Shown here: one piece after another, positions 19,268-26,976 of the stretch | How positions within the stretch are numbered: position 1 is the first letter of the stretch | Layout of the letters: the number at the start of each line of letters is the position of its first letter | Assembly: GCA_002840305.1 (NCBI GenBank) | Contig: PHAI01000002.1 | Location: forward strand, 10,707 to 74,706 | Origin: Candidatus Falkowbacteria bacterium HGW-Falkowbacteria-1 | Lineage (GTDB): Bacteria > Patescibacteriota > Patescibacteriia > Patescibacteriales > UBA12465 | Reading direction: 5' to 3' | DNA length: 64,000 nt | The notes under the pieces: model-generated | What the model was told of the DNA's origin: nothing | Database searches by the model: none | Seen by the model: only the letters and a program-made list of their open reading frames with translations | Position numbers and translations under genes: made by a program

Positions 19268-20623
19268 ATGCCCTTCAAAAAAATAAAGGATAAAAAAAAG
19301 TTGTCGAAAAAAGAAAAAAAAGTAAAGAAGAAGGATGTTAAGAGGAAAGAGACGAAAATTAAAAAAACTAAAAAAGTATTATTAAAAAAAATCCCAAAGT
19401 TTAAAGTTGTAAAAAAAGTTGAAAAAGATAAGTATTCTAAAATTAAACAGAAAAAAGTGAAAAAAGAAGTAATGGCGAAAAAAAAGGTATTGATTAAAAA
19501 AGGTTTAAAAAATAAGCAGGAGGTTTATGAAACAAAAGAAGCTCCGAGTGAAGAACAAATTTTAAAAATAATAGAGAAGGGCAGATCAAGAGGATTTTTA
19601 ACGGAAACAGAGATACTTCATTTATTTCCAAATGTTGAGGATTATATTTACGATTATGAGATTTTTTTAAGCCGTTTAACTGATGTTGGTATTAAGGTGA
19701 GTGAAGACAGTGGCAATATTTTGGGCTTAGGTACGGATATTCAAAAACTCGTTAAGAAGCCGGTTGGCAGCGCTATTGACTTCTCTAGTTTGGCAGCCGA
19801 TTCTATTCAAATGTATTTGAAAGAAATAGGGAAAATACCTCTTTTGACTGGCGAAGAAGAAGTCGATTTGTCAAAAAAGAAAGATAGAGGCGATAAAGAT
19901 GCCGAGAGAAAAATGATAGAATCAAATTTGAAGTTGGTTGTTTCTATCGCTAAAAAGTTTTCCGGCGTCAAGGGTCTTAGTTTGTTGGATTTGATTCAAG
20001 AGGGCAATATTGGTCTTTTTAGAGCCGTGGATAAGTTTGAACATCAAAAGGGTTATAAATTTTCGACCTACGCTACTTGGTGGATTAGACAGGCTATAAC
20101 AAGAGCATTGGCTGATCAGTCTAGAACTATTCGTATCCCAGTTCATATGGTTGAAAATATAAACAAATTTCAACAAGCTCAAAGATTCTTGATTCAAGAG
20201 TTAGGAAGAGAGCCAATGGTTGAAGAAACAGCAGCTGAGCTAGGAGAAGAATTGAGTAAGGTTGTATATATCATGAAGATTTCCCAGGAGACAATTTCAT
20301 TGGAGACAACTATTGGCGATGATGATGATAATTCTACTTTAGAAGACTTTATTGAAGATATTAAAAACGAAACACCAGATAGAGTTGCTGCCTTGCAACT
20401 TCTTAAAGATTATGTTAAGGAAGTTATAATAACACTTTCTCCGCGTGAACAGAAAATTTTGGAAATGAGGTTTGGATTAGTTGACGGTGTAGCTCATACC
20501 TTGGAGGAGGTTGGTCAAGAATTTGAAGTAACAAGAGAAAGAATTAGACAAATCGAAGCTAAGGCTTTAGAAAAAATTAGAAAAATGAAAAGTAAAGGTT
20601 TAGAAAAATTAAGAGATTTTTAA
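19268..20623 (+). CDS. rpoD: RNA polymerase primary sigma factor with a Lys-rich N-terminal extension
   Basis: Region 2 ([37 protein letters not shown]) and region 4 ([24 protein letters not shown]); the dnaG-rpoD order is conserved. Confidence 0.95.
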   Translation: MPFKKIKDKKKLSKKEKKVKKKDVKRKETKIKKTKKVLLKKIPKFKVVKKVEKDKYSKIKQKKVKKEVMAKKKVLIKKGLKNKQEVYETKEAPSEEQILKIIEKGRSRGFLTETEILHLFPNVEDYIYDYEIFLSRLTDVGIKVSEDSGNILGLGTDIQKLVKKPVGSAIDFSSLAADSIQMYLKEIGKIPLLTGEEEVDLSKKKDRGDKDAERKMIESNLKLVVSIAKKFSGVKGLSLLDLIQEGNIGLFRAVDKFEHQKGYKFSTYATWWIRQAITRALADQSRTIRIPVHMVENINKFQQAQRFLIQELGREPMVEETAAELGEELSKVVYIMKISQETISLETTIGDDDDNSTLEDFIEDIKNETPDRVAALQLLKDYVKEVIITLSPREQKILEMRFGLVDGVAHTLEEVGQEFEVTRERIRQIEAKALEKIRKMKSKGLEKLRDF

Positions 20624-20650
20624 ATATTTTAAAAATTAAAACAAAAAAGT

Positions 20651-21565
20651 ATGAAAAACAACAATCCTAAGTATGCTTTTTATTATTTATTGTCATTAGT
20701 TTCTTTGATTTTCATGGCCATTTCATCGGCAATGATAATTTTTCAAATTATAAACAAAAACATTTTTGATGCTTTGTCAAATTATAGCGGTGCTTATGAT
20801 GGTCAAATGCGCTTTGGTGTTTCAGCCTTGTTAATTTCAGCCCCTATATTCTTTTTAATGGTCAGACTGATAAACAAAGGTTTAAGAAAAAACGAACTAG
20901 ATGATAATTCTGGGATTCGTCGTTGGTTAACTTATTTTATTTTGTTTGTTTCAGCGGTGATTATTCTTGGATCTTTGATAGGTGTAATTAATAGTTTCTT
21001 ATCTGGAGGGATGACCTTAAAATCAGTTTTGCAATTTGTTACCGTTATTTTAATATCAGTCTTGGTGTTTAGTTTTTATCTTTATGATATTAAAAGGGAA
21101 GACTTAACTAGACGAGACCCCGTTCTAAAGATATTTTTCTGGGGATCAATCGCTCTAGTAGCAGTTGTCTTTGTTTCTGCTTTGTTTTTCGTAGAATCAC
21201 CGAAGGTAGCCAGAGAGAAAAAAGCTGATCAGATTGTTTTAAACAATATCTACAGTTTAGAGAATTCTATCAATAGTTATTATGATATCAATAAGGCTTT
21301 GCCAGATAATTTAGATGAGATGTCGGGAAATGCCAATGTTTATTTTGATAAAAAAAGTATAATCGATCAGGAGAGCGGTGAAAGTATAGAATACAGAAAA
21401 ATCGGAGAAAAAGATTTTGAATTATGTGCTACTTTCAGAACCGACAGTAATACAGGTGATCAAACTTATTACATTGGTACAGGCAAAGATTATAAAAAGG
21501 GCTGGAATTGTTTTAAGGGAAATTTATGGTCAGATCCAAAAATTTTAGAAAAGAACATTGATTAA
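20651..21565 (+). CDS. Multi-TM protein (DUF5671-like N-terminal half, recalled from memory) with a pilin-globular-domain-like C-terminus
   Basis: About 5 TM helices, then AREKKADQIVLNNIYSLENSINSYYDINKALPDNL...ESGESIEYRK..EKDFELCATF, which resembles the post-helix part of CPR pseudopilins. Confidence 0.55.
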   Translation: MKNNNPKYAFYYLLSLVSLIFMAISSAMIIFQIINKNIFDALSNYSGAYDGQMRFGVSALLISAPIFFLMVRLINKGLRKNELDDNSGIRRWLTYFILFVSAVIILGSLIGVINSFLSGGMTLKSVLQFVTVILISVLVFSFYLYDIKREDLTRRDPVLKIFFWGSIALVAVVFVSALFFVESPKVAREKKADQIVLNNIYSLENSINSYYDINKALPDNLDEMSGNANVYFDKKSIIDQESGESIEYRKIGEKDFELCATFRTDSNTGDQTYYIGTGKDYKKGWNCFKGNLWSDPKILEKNID

Positions 21566-21607
21566 GAAGTAAAACATATTTTTAGCGTTTTTGTGTAATG
21601 AAAATTA

Positions 21608-21636
21608 TTGACAATTTTTTTCAATTAATTTATTAT
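21608..21636 (+). promoter_or_regulatory. Putative promoter TTGACA-17-TATTAT for tRNA-Asn
   Basis: Consensus -35 at 21608-21613 and -10 at 21631-21636, about 30 nt upstream of the tRNA. Confidence 0.5.
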
Positions 21637-21665
21637 ATAGATTAGTTTTAAAAAATAGTCATTAT

Positions 21666-21737
21666 TCCGGGGTAGCGCAGCGGTAGCGCAGTTGACTGTT
21701 AATCAATTGGTCGTGGGTTCGAATCCCACCCCCGGAG
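21666..21737 (+). tRNA. tRNA-Asn (anticodon GTT)
   Basis: Cloverleaf folded by hand: acceptor TCCGGGG/CCCCGGA, D stem GCGC/GCGC, anticodon stem GTTGA/TCAAT with loop CTGTTAA, T stem GTGGG/CCCAC with loop TTCGAAT, discriminator G. CCA is not encoded. Confidence 0.9.
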
Positions 21738-21828
21738 CCGCGTAAAATAAAAACAAAAAAGCCACTAAATGTGGCTTGTTTTGTTTTTATCACGCGGCCA
21801 CGTGAACACCGAAGGTGTTTTTACGTGG
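21737..21828 (+). terminator. Two abutting hairpins 3' of tRNA-Asn (the inner one is terminator-like)
   Basis: Hairpin 1 (21737-21798) has an outer clamp GCCGCGT/ACGCGGC and an inner stem GCCAC-TAAAT-GTGGC followed by a T-rich run. Hairpin 2 (21798-21828) pairs CCACGTGAACACC-GAA-GGTGTTTttACGTGG. Confidence 0.55.
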
Positions 21829-21910
21829 ACAAGATAAAAGGTCTATATTCATTAGGTCTTTTTTTATATCCTGGACGGGAATTAGAACTTTTTATTATAC
21901 TGCGCCATTA

Positions 21911-21939
21911 TTGACAAAAGTATACTATTTTAGTATACT
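21911..21939 (+). promoter_or_regulatory. Consensus promoter TTGACA-17-TATACT
   Basis: Hexamers at 21911-21916 and 21934-21939, upstream of ORF 21986. Confidence 0.55.
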
Positions 21940-21985
21940 TTTTTGTTAGTTAAAATTATATTGTTGAACCTTAAAAACTTATATC

Positions 21986-22441
21986 ATGAACAGAAAATAT
22001 TTTTTTGAATTTATTTGGCCAAAGATAATGGGTTCCATTATTATCCTTTTGATTCTTTCCTCCTTCTTTTTCGGTATATTTTTCATTTCACGCTATTCCT
22101 ATGAACAAGAAACTGTAAAGAAAGAGCAAGAGCTCGGTTTTGTAATTAGTAGCTTAAAAGATGGGGAGGTGTTTAGTGTTTCAAGCGCCACTCACATGTA
22201 TCTCGTTGAACGATTAAGAGAACAGGCAACTCGTAGTCAAGGTGACGTCGTGGAGTTAGGATTGTTAACTTATTATGTGAGAGAAATAAGCAGTGGCTAT
22301 ATTCTCTTTTGTTCTTGTGAGCCGGTAAATGATGGTTATTATTTAGAGGTTATTCAAAAATCTATTAAAATCAATCCTGTTGGGCAATATATAGACATGT
22401 TGCTTATCAAAAAAGTTTATGGCCCGTATTACAAAGAATGA
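21986..22441 (+). CDS. Hypothetical membrane-anchored protein (151 aa)
   Basis: ORF with one N-terminal TM helix; no family recognised. It has its own promoter, no SD, and a TGA stop. Confidence 0.5.
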   Translation: MNRKYFFEFIWPKIMGSIIILLILSSFFFGIFFISRYSYEQETVKKEQELGFVISSLKDGEVFSVSSATHMYLVERLREQATRSQGDVVELGLLTYYVREISSGYILFCSCEPVNDGYYLEVIQKSIKINPVGQYIDMLLIKKVYGPYYKE

Positions 22442-22497
22442 AACCACATTGTTGAATTTTAAAAATTGAATACAAATTAAAGATGGGAGGTTGAATC

Positions 22498-22851
22498 ATG
22501 ATTTTATTTATTACACCTAATGTTATTTATAGACGCGGCTTGGTGGTTATAAACGGAGGAATTCAATTAATTGCTCGGTGGTCGCGCGATCGACTCATTA
22601 TTAAGGAAGTGAATGCTATGGCATATGATGGTTTGCATTTTTTCCCCAATGAAGACCCTATTGGAGGAAAGGTTTTGGAATGTCCAATTATTGACTTGAT
22701 ATCCTTGCGGGAAGATGGAACCGGTTGGAATGTTGAAGGCGAAACTGCCGATGGAAAAAAATTTAAGTTCCCGATACATCATGATTTTGTTGAAGGAAAA
22801 AATTACTTAGGAAAAGAGCCAATTTATTTTCCGTTTTGGCCTCATAAGTAG
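22498..22851 (+). CDS. Hypothetical protein (117 aa; alternative internal start at MAYDG)
   Basis: Strong SD GGGAGG 7 nt upstream of the ATG; no family recognised. Confidence 0.5.
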   Translation: MILFITPNVIYRRGLVVINGGIQLIARWSRDRLIIKEVNAMAYDGLHFFPNEDPIGGKVLECPIIDLISLREDGTGWNVEGETADGKKFKFPIHHDFVEGKNYLGKEPIYFPFWPHK

Positions 22852-22981
22852 TTTAACGATTTTTAAATGACACAGACCCTGAAGCTAAAACAGTTTTGGG
22901 GTTTTTTATTTTATACATAGCAAGCCAGAGGGTGGGATAAATCAAACAAGTTTTGACATCTTACAACATGCGGAGCAAGTC

Positions 22982-23011
22982 TTGACAAAAAATATATTAA
23001 TGTGGTATATT
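22982..23011 (+). promoter_or_regulatory. Promoter TTGACA-18-TATATT
   Basis: Hexamers at 22982-22987 and 23006-23011, upstream of ORF 23063. Confidence 0.5.
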
Positions 23012-23062
23012 TTTTTGTCGATCTTTAAAATTAATGTTTCACTAAAAATAGGAGGATAAGCA

Positions 23063-23440
23063 ATGAGTAAACTTAAGCCATTTCACGAATCAATTGTTGA
23101 TGCAATTGATTTATGTCAAGAAAAAGACATTTTTATTTTGTCTTCTATTCTTGTGAACACTAAAATCCCCAAAAATCACAATGTCATTATTGCGGCCTGG
23201 GAAAAGAAAATCGAAGAGCTTTCTTGTCCCGATTATGATGTTGTTGATGCTATTCTCGAACAAAAAAAAGAGGCAGAAGAAAAAAGTGTAGACGTTACCT
23301 TTTTAACCGATGACCCAAAAATTAAATCCCAGCTTATGCAATTGGGGCATTCCTTTTCGCAGGTAGTTGCCGAAAATAATGCTGATTTGGCGGAATCTAT
23401 TCGTCAAGAAGCCCTCATGCTTAAGGGCGAGACAAAATAA
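23063..23440 (+). CDS. Hypothetical acidic protein (125 aa)
   Basis: SD AGGAGG upstream, its own promoter and its own terminator; no family recognised. Confidence 0.55.
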   Translation: MSKLKPFHESIVDAIDLCQEKDIFILSSILVNTKIPKNHNVIIAAWEKKIEELSCPDYDVVDAILEQKKEAEEKSVDVTFLTDDPKIKSQLMQLGHSFSQVVAENNADLAESIRQEALMLKGETK

Positions 23441-23487
23441 GTGGTTGATAGTTTATTTAAGGAGGTCTAACCTCGGACTTTCTTTTC

Positions 23488-23517
23488 ACCGCATCCAAAA
23501 CAGATGCGGTTTTTTTA
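23488..23517 (+). terminator. Rho-independent terminator
   Basis: Stem ACCGCATC/GATGCGGT followed by T7. Confidence 0.7.
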
Positions 23518-23580
23518 TATAACAAGAAACAGTTTTGGATTTTTTTCTTTGTTTTTGTTGATTAATATTAGTTTGAATTT

Positions 23581-23609
23581 TTGCCCCCATTTTTAAATTA
23601 TGTTATAAT
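23581..23609 (+). promoter_or_regulatory. Promoter TTGCCC-17-TGtTATAAT
   Basis: Perfect -10 at 23604-23609 preceded by an extended TG, upstream of ORF 23639. Confidence 0.5.
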
Positions 23610-23638
23610 ATTTTTATTATAAAAGTAATATTATTAAT

Positions 23639-24700
23639 ATGAATCTTGTTTTGTATTTGTTGGCGTTGCTAGCGTCATTTTACTTATTAGCCGTTGTTTG
23701 TGATCGTTATTTCGTTTTTTCCTTGGACAAAATCGCCCTTAAGCTTAATATGAATTCAGATATGGCCGGAGCAACCTTGATGGCGGTTGGTTCAAGCGCC
23801 CCAGAATTATTTGTTTCCTTTATCGCCTTGTTTAAGCCAGGTAACGAAGCCATGGGCGCGGGAACGATTGTTGGTTCAGCGATTTTTAATATTTTAGTAA
23901 TTATTGGCGCCTCGGCCATGGTTCGTAAAGCCTTTATTGCTTGGCAACCAGTAATTAGAGATGTTATTTTTTACTCTCTGTCTATAATTTTACTTATATA
24001 TTCTTTTTGGGACGGAAAGATAGTTCTTTTAGAGTCTATTGCTTTTTTGGCTCTTTACGGTGTTTATATAATTGCTGTTTTACAATGGAGAAAAATTTTG
24101 CCATATAAAGATGATGAAAAAGAGCCGATTGAGGTATTAGAGGAAGGGGAGGACAAAGAGCAAAAAAACAAAAGCGCTCTTGGTAAGTTTTTAAATGGTA
24201 TTAATTTAGTTTTAGATTTTATTTTTCCCAAAGAAGACAAATACTGGTTAGTATTCATTGTATCTATTGCCTCTATCGCTGGTTTAAGTTGGGTTTTAGT
24301 GGAAAGCGCTGTTGGTATTTCTGTTATTCTACATGTCCCCGCCGTTATTATTGGCTTAACTGTTTTGGCTGCTGGTACTAGTATTCCAGATTTAATATCA
24401 TCAATGATAGTGGCTCGTCAGGGCAGAGGTGGGATGGCAATTTCTAATGCCATCGGTTCTAATATTTTTGATATTTTAATTGGGCTTGGATTGCCATGGT
24501 TCATAATAACTGTAGGCGGCAAAGTCATTCCAGTGGTTACAGAAAACCTTAACAGTTCGATTATTTTATTGTTTGCGACCGTCCTTGCAGTTCTTGGCTT
24601 TTTAATGGCTAAAAAATGGCATATCAATAAGTTGGCCGGTATTGGCTTGATTAGTATATACATTGGATATTTGTTGTGGAATATTTTTCAAGTATTGTAA
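23639..24700 (+). CDS. Ca2+/cation antiporter family (CaCA) membrane protein, second copy
   Basis: Alpha-repeats GSSAPELFVS...GTIVGSAIFNILVIIG and GTSIPDLISS...SNAIGSNIFDILIGLG; an acidic central loop. Confidence 0.85.
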   Translation: MNLVLYLLALLASFYLLAVVCDRYFVFSLDKIALKLNMNSDMAGATLMAVGSSAPELFVSFIALFKPGNEAMGAGTIVGSAIFNILVIIGASAMVRKAFIAWQPVIRDVIFYSLSIILLIYSFWDGKIVLLESIAFLALYGVYIIAVLQWRKILPYKDDEKEPIEVLEEGEDKEQKNKSALGKFLNGINLVLDFIFPKEDKYWLVFIVSIASIAGLSWVLVESAVGISVILHVPAVIIGLTVLAAGTSIPDLISSMIVARQGRGGMAISNAIGSNIFDILIGLGLPWFIITVGGKVIPVVTENLNSSIILLFATVLAVLGFLMAKKWHINKLAGIGLISIYIGYLLWNIFQVL

Positions 24701-24808
24701 TTATATTTTTATTTATCAAGACGTTTTTAAATGAAAATAGAACTTGAGAATTTAATTTTTCAATATTAGTCATGCCATTTTCAATTTTATTCACTATTCC
24801 GCGTTCTG

Positions 24809-24837
24809 TTGACAAAAAGTATATCTTATGATATGCT
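24809..24837 (+). promoter_or_regulatory. Consensus promoter TTGACA-17-TATGCT
   Basis: The track's TTG start at 24809 is the first codon of this TTGACA box, so the ORF start was moved to 24884. Confidence 0.55.
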
Positions 24838-24883
24838 TTTTTTGATAGTTAAATTTATTATTGAACCTTTAAAATTAAGTAAC

Positions 24884-25222
24884 ATGAACGAATTAAATTT
24901 ATCTGATAGACCAGATTGGTTTAAAAGCAATAGTTGGTTAGTACAAAACCAAAAAACGTCTTTTGTTCTTAGGTTGAGCAATGTTATTCATCAGCTTCAG
25001 GCAGACAGAGGTATTAAAAAGCCAGACGACGAACCAATGGACGCTACCAGGGGTTGTTTTATGGGGGAAATAGCAGTTGAAGGAACATTGTTCCAGTACA
25101 AGCACATGATAATTGAGTTAAACAAACTGACAGGAGATGATGCTTTGCGAGCCAAAGAGGCAATGGAGAGTTTTGAAAATGATTTTAAGGATTATTTGCC
25201 GTTTTTACGACAAGTAAAATAA
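24884..25222 (+). CDS. Hypothetical protein (112 aa)
   Basis: First ATG downstream of the promoter; no family recognised. A roughly 150-nt 3' region precedes the terminator. Confidence 0.5.
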   Translation: MNELNLSDRPDWFKSNSWLVQNQKTSFVLRLSNVIHQLQADRGIKKPDDEPMDATRGCFMGEIAVEGTLFQYKHMIIELNKLTGDDALRAKEAMESFENDFKDYLPFLRQVK

Positions 25223-25372
25223 AAATTTTGGAAATTATCGCGTCTTTATTTATCCGTAAAATTGCTGGTAGACATTTAGAATACGCCGATGTCCAAAGTC
25301 ACTGTATTCCCAACCGAGGGCCCAAAAGGTACCCGAACGCAATATCGGTTAGAATGTTAAAAGATAATTACA

Positions 25373-25400
25373 AAGGAGGCCAAATGGTTTCCTTTTTTAT
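25373..25400 (+). terminator. Rho-independent terminator
   Basis: Stem AAGGAGGCC/GGTTTCCTT (two G-U pairs) with loop AAAT, then a T-run. Confidence 0.55.
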
Positions 25401-25586
25401 TTTTTAAAGTAATTTTTAGGATTTTTTATAGCATAAAGAGTACTTTTTAAATATTTTCTTACAAGGATTTAGTATTTTAATTTAAATTTTATATTTATCA
25501 AACAAGTTATTTTTTGGTATAATAAAATTGTAACTGAATATTAAATTTATAAAAAATGCCATAGTTTTTTATATTAATAAAAATAT

Positions 25587-26303
25587 ATGACCATAGGTTT
25601 TAGCGACGGAGTTTTACATAATTTATTTAATCAAGAGAGCGATAGACATAAAGCTGGTTATTTAAAGTATATTAACTTTAATGCCGTAGAGCTGCATTGT
25701 ATAAATGAGAGCTTAATGGATGAAATGATTAACAATTTAGACAATAAACTGTATTCTGAGTTTTTATATATTTCTTTGCATGCCCCCGCTTTTTCGTGGA
25801 ACAACGATAAAAATATCTCATTGTTAAAAAAAATAAGATTGATTTTTGTTAAATTTAATATAAAAAATGTCGTAATTCATCCTGACGAAATAAAGGATTG
25901 GAGTATATTTGAAAAATTCAAAGATTTACCATTGTCATTGGAAAATATGGACAGAGATAAAAAAGCATATAAAAACATAAAGAGTTTAAAAGAAATAATC
26001 AACAAATATGGTTTTATGTTGACATTGGATTTGAATCATTGTTACGACAACGACGAAACAATGATTTTAGCCGAAGACTTTCAAGATGAATTCAAAGATA
26101 AAATTGTTGAATATCATATTAGCGGTTATGATAAAGAAAAAAAACATACGACTTTGTTTGACAAAAGTGAGCAGATAAGAATTATAAACTCTATAAAATT
26201 TAAGAATATCCCGATAATTATTGAAAGTTGTTTTAATAAAGCTTATGACGTTAAAAAAGAATATAAATATATAGAGGACTGTTTACGGACTAGATTGACA
26301 TAA
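25587..26303 (+). CDS. Xylose-isomerase-like TIM-barrel protein (sugar-phosphate isomerase/epimerase or AP-endonuclease-2 family)
   Basis: Spaced motifs VELH, SLHAP, VVIHP, LENM, LDLNH, YHISG and IIIES resemble the AP_endonuc_2/TIM-barrel pattern. The gene is very AT-rich, unlike its neighbours. Confidence 0.55.
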   Translation: MTIGFSDGVLHNLFNQESDRHKAGYLKYINFNAVELHCINESLMDEMINNLDNKLYSEFLYISLHAPAFSWNNDKNISLLKKIRLIFVKFNIKNVVIHPDEIKDWSIFEKFKDLPLSLENMDRDKKAYKNIKSLKEIINKYGFMLTLDLNHCYDNDETMILAEDFQDEFKDKIVEYHISGYDKEKKHTTLFDKSEQIRIINSIKFKNIPIIIESCFNKAYDVKKEYKYIEDCLRTRLT

Positions 26304-26324
26304 ATATATTCTAGTGTTATATTT
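26296..26324 (+). promoter_or_regulatory. Consensus promoter TTGACA-17-TATATT
   Basis: The -35 box overlaps the last codons of ORF 25587-26303; it lies upstream of ORF 26369. Confidence 0.55.
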
Positions 26325-26368
26325 TCGTATTACATTAACAATTTGTTTAACTAAAAGGAGGCTTAATA

Positions 26369-26890
26369 ATGATTAATTTAGATGAAAGAAGGCTGGATAT
26401 AATATCTGTTGCCACAAAAGCTTTTGAGATAATTACTAGAATACCAAACGATGTTCGTAAGGACGACAAAGAACGTACGGGAATACAGGTGTTAGTTCGT
26501 CAGCCAGGCACGAGAAATTTAGTTTTTGTTTCAATTAAAGAGCCGTCAGAGGCCGCTAAATTTTTTTCTGCAGAAAAAGCTGTAAGATCTGATCTTCGTT
26601 TTGAAATGACCTCACAAGAGAGTGAGGACCCAAAAAAACTGCAATTCCCCGGAAGTGTTATGATCGAAGTGGAGGATGGACATTTTTTGCAGGCTTCGAT
26701 ATCTGGCTTACAATCAGAGGAAGATGTCGCCGTAGCTATTGCGATTCTGTCATCGCTTTTGTCAACTATTCCGTCGGATTTATGCGAAAGAATAAGGGCA
26801 CAAGGGGGAGAGCTCCCCAGTTGTTTTGAAGAAGAAGGCCATTATTTATATGAGAAAGAAATTAACTCCTTAGTTTGGCCTTTTATGTAG
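26369..26890 (+). CDS. Hypothetical protein, possibly GlcG/HbpS-like (DUF336)
   Basis: SD AAGGAGG upstream. AEKAVRS and PGSVMIEVEDGHFLQASISGLQSEEDVAVAIA resemble the GlcG pattern (KArtA ... GG.Pv.vdG..iGAvGVSG...qD..vA). The match is weak and from memory. Confidence 0.45.
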   Translation: MINLDERRLDIISVATKAFEIITRIPNDVRKDDKERTGIQVLVRQPGTRNLVFVSIKEPSEAAKFFSAEKAVRSDLRFEMTSQESEDPKKLQFPGSVMIEVEDGHFLQASISGLQSEEDVAVAIAILSSLLSTIPSDLCERIRAQGGELPSCFEEEGHYLYEKEINSLVWPFM

Positions 26891-26905
26891 CACGCATAAA
26901 AACTT

Positions 26906-26935
26906 ATCCCGTCTAGTTAAAGACGGGATTTTTTA
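26906..26935 (+). terminator. Rho-independent terminator
   Basis: Stem ATCCCGTCT/AGACGGGAT with loop AGTTAA, then T6. Confidence 0.75.
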
Positions 26936-26976
26936 TTTATGTTGCTTTGCTGTTTTTATTAATGTAATATATAAAC

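Noticed and set aside
24809-24883. Track start codons TTG at 24809 and 47871 (and TTG at 14117 and 58195)
   Set aside because: The TTG triplets at 24809 and 47871 are the first bases of consensus TTGACA -35 boxes. In all four cases a downstream ATG gives a protein starting at the conserved N-terminus or just after the promoter.
25223-25372. Small ORF (25289-25360, MSKVTVFPTEGPKGTRTQYRLEC) or structured RNA in the ~150-nt region between ORF 24884-25222 and its terminator
   Set aside because: It has no SD or typical start context. Only a short CCGAT/ATCGG stem flanked by TTAGAAT direct repeats is present, which is too little to call a feature. It is most simply a long 3' UTR.
21738-26935. Interpreting the tRNA-Asn islet as an integrated prophage or integrative element
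   Set aside because: No integrase, no phage or conjugation genes, and no direct repeat of the tRNA 3' end (att-like) could be found downstream. It is therefore kept only as a compositionally odd accessory islet.
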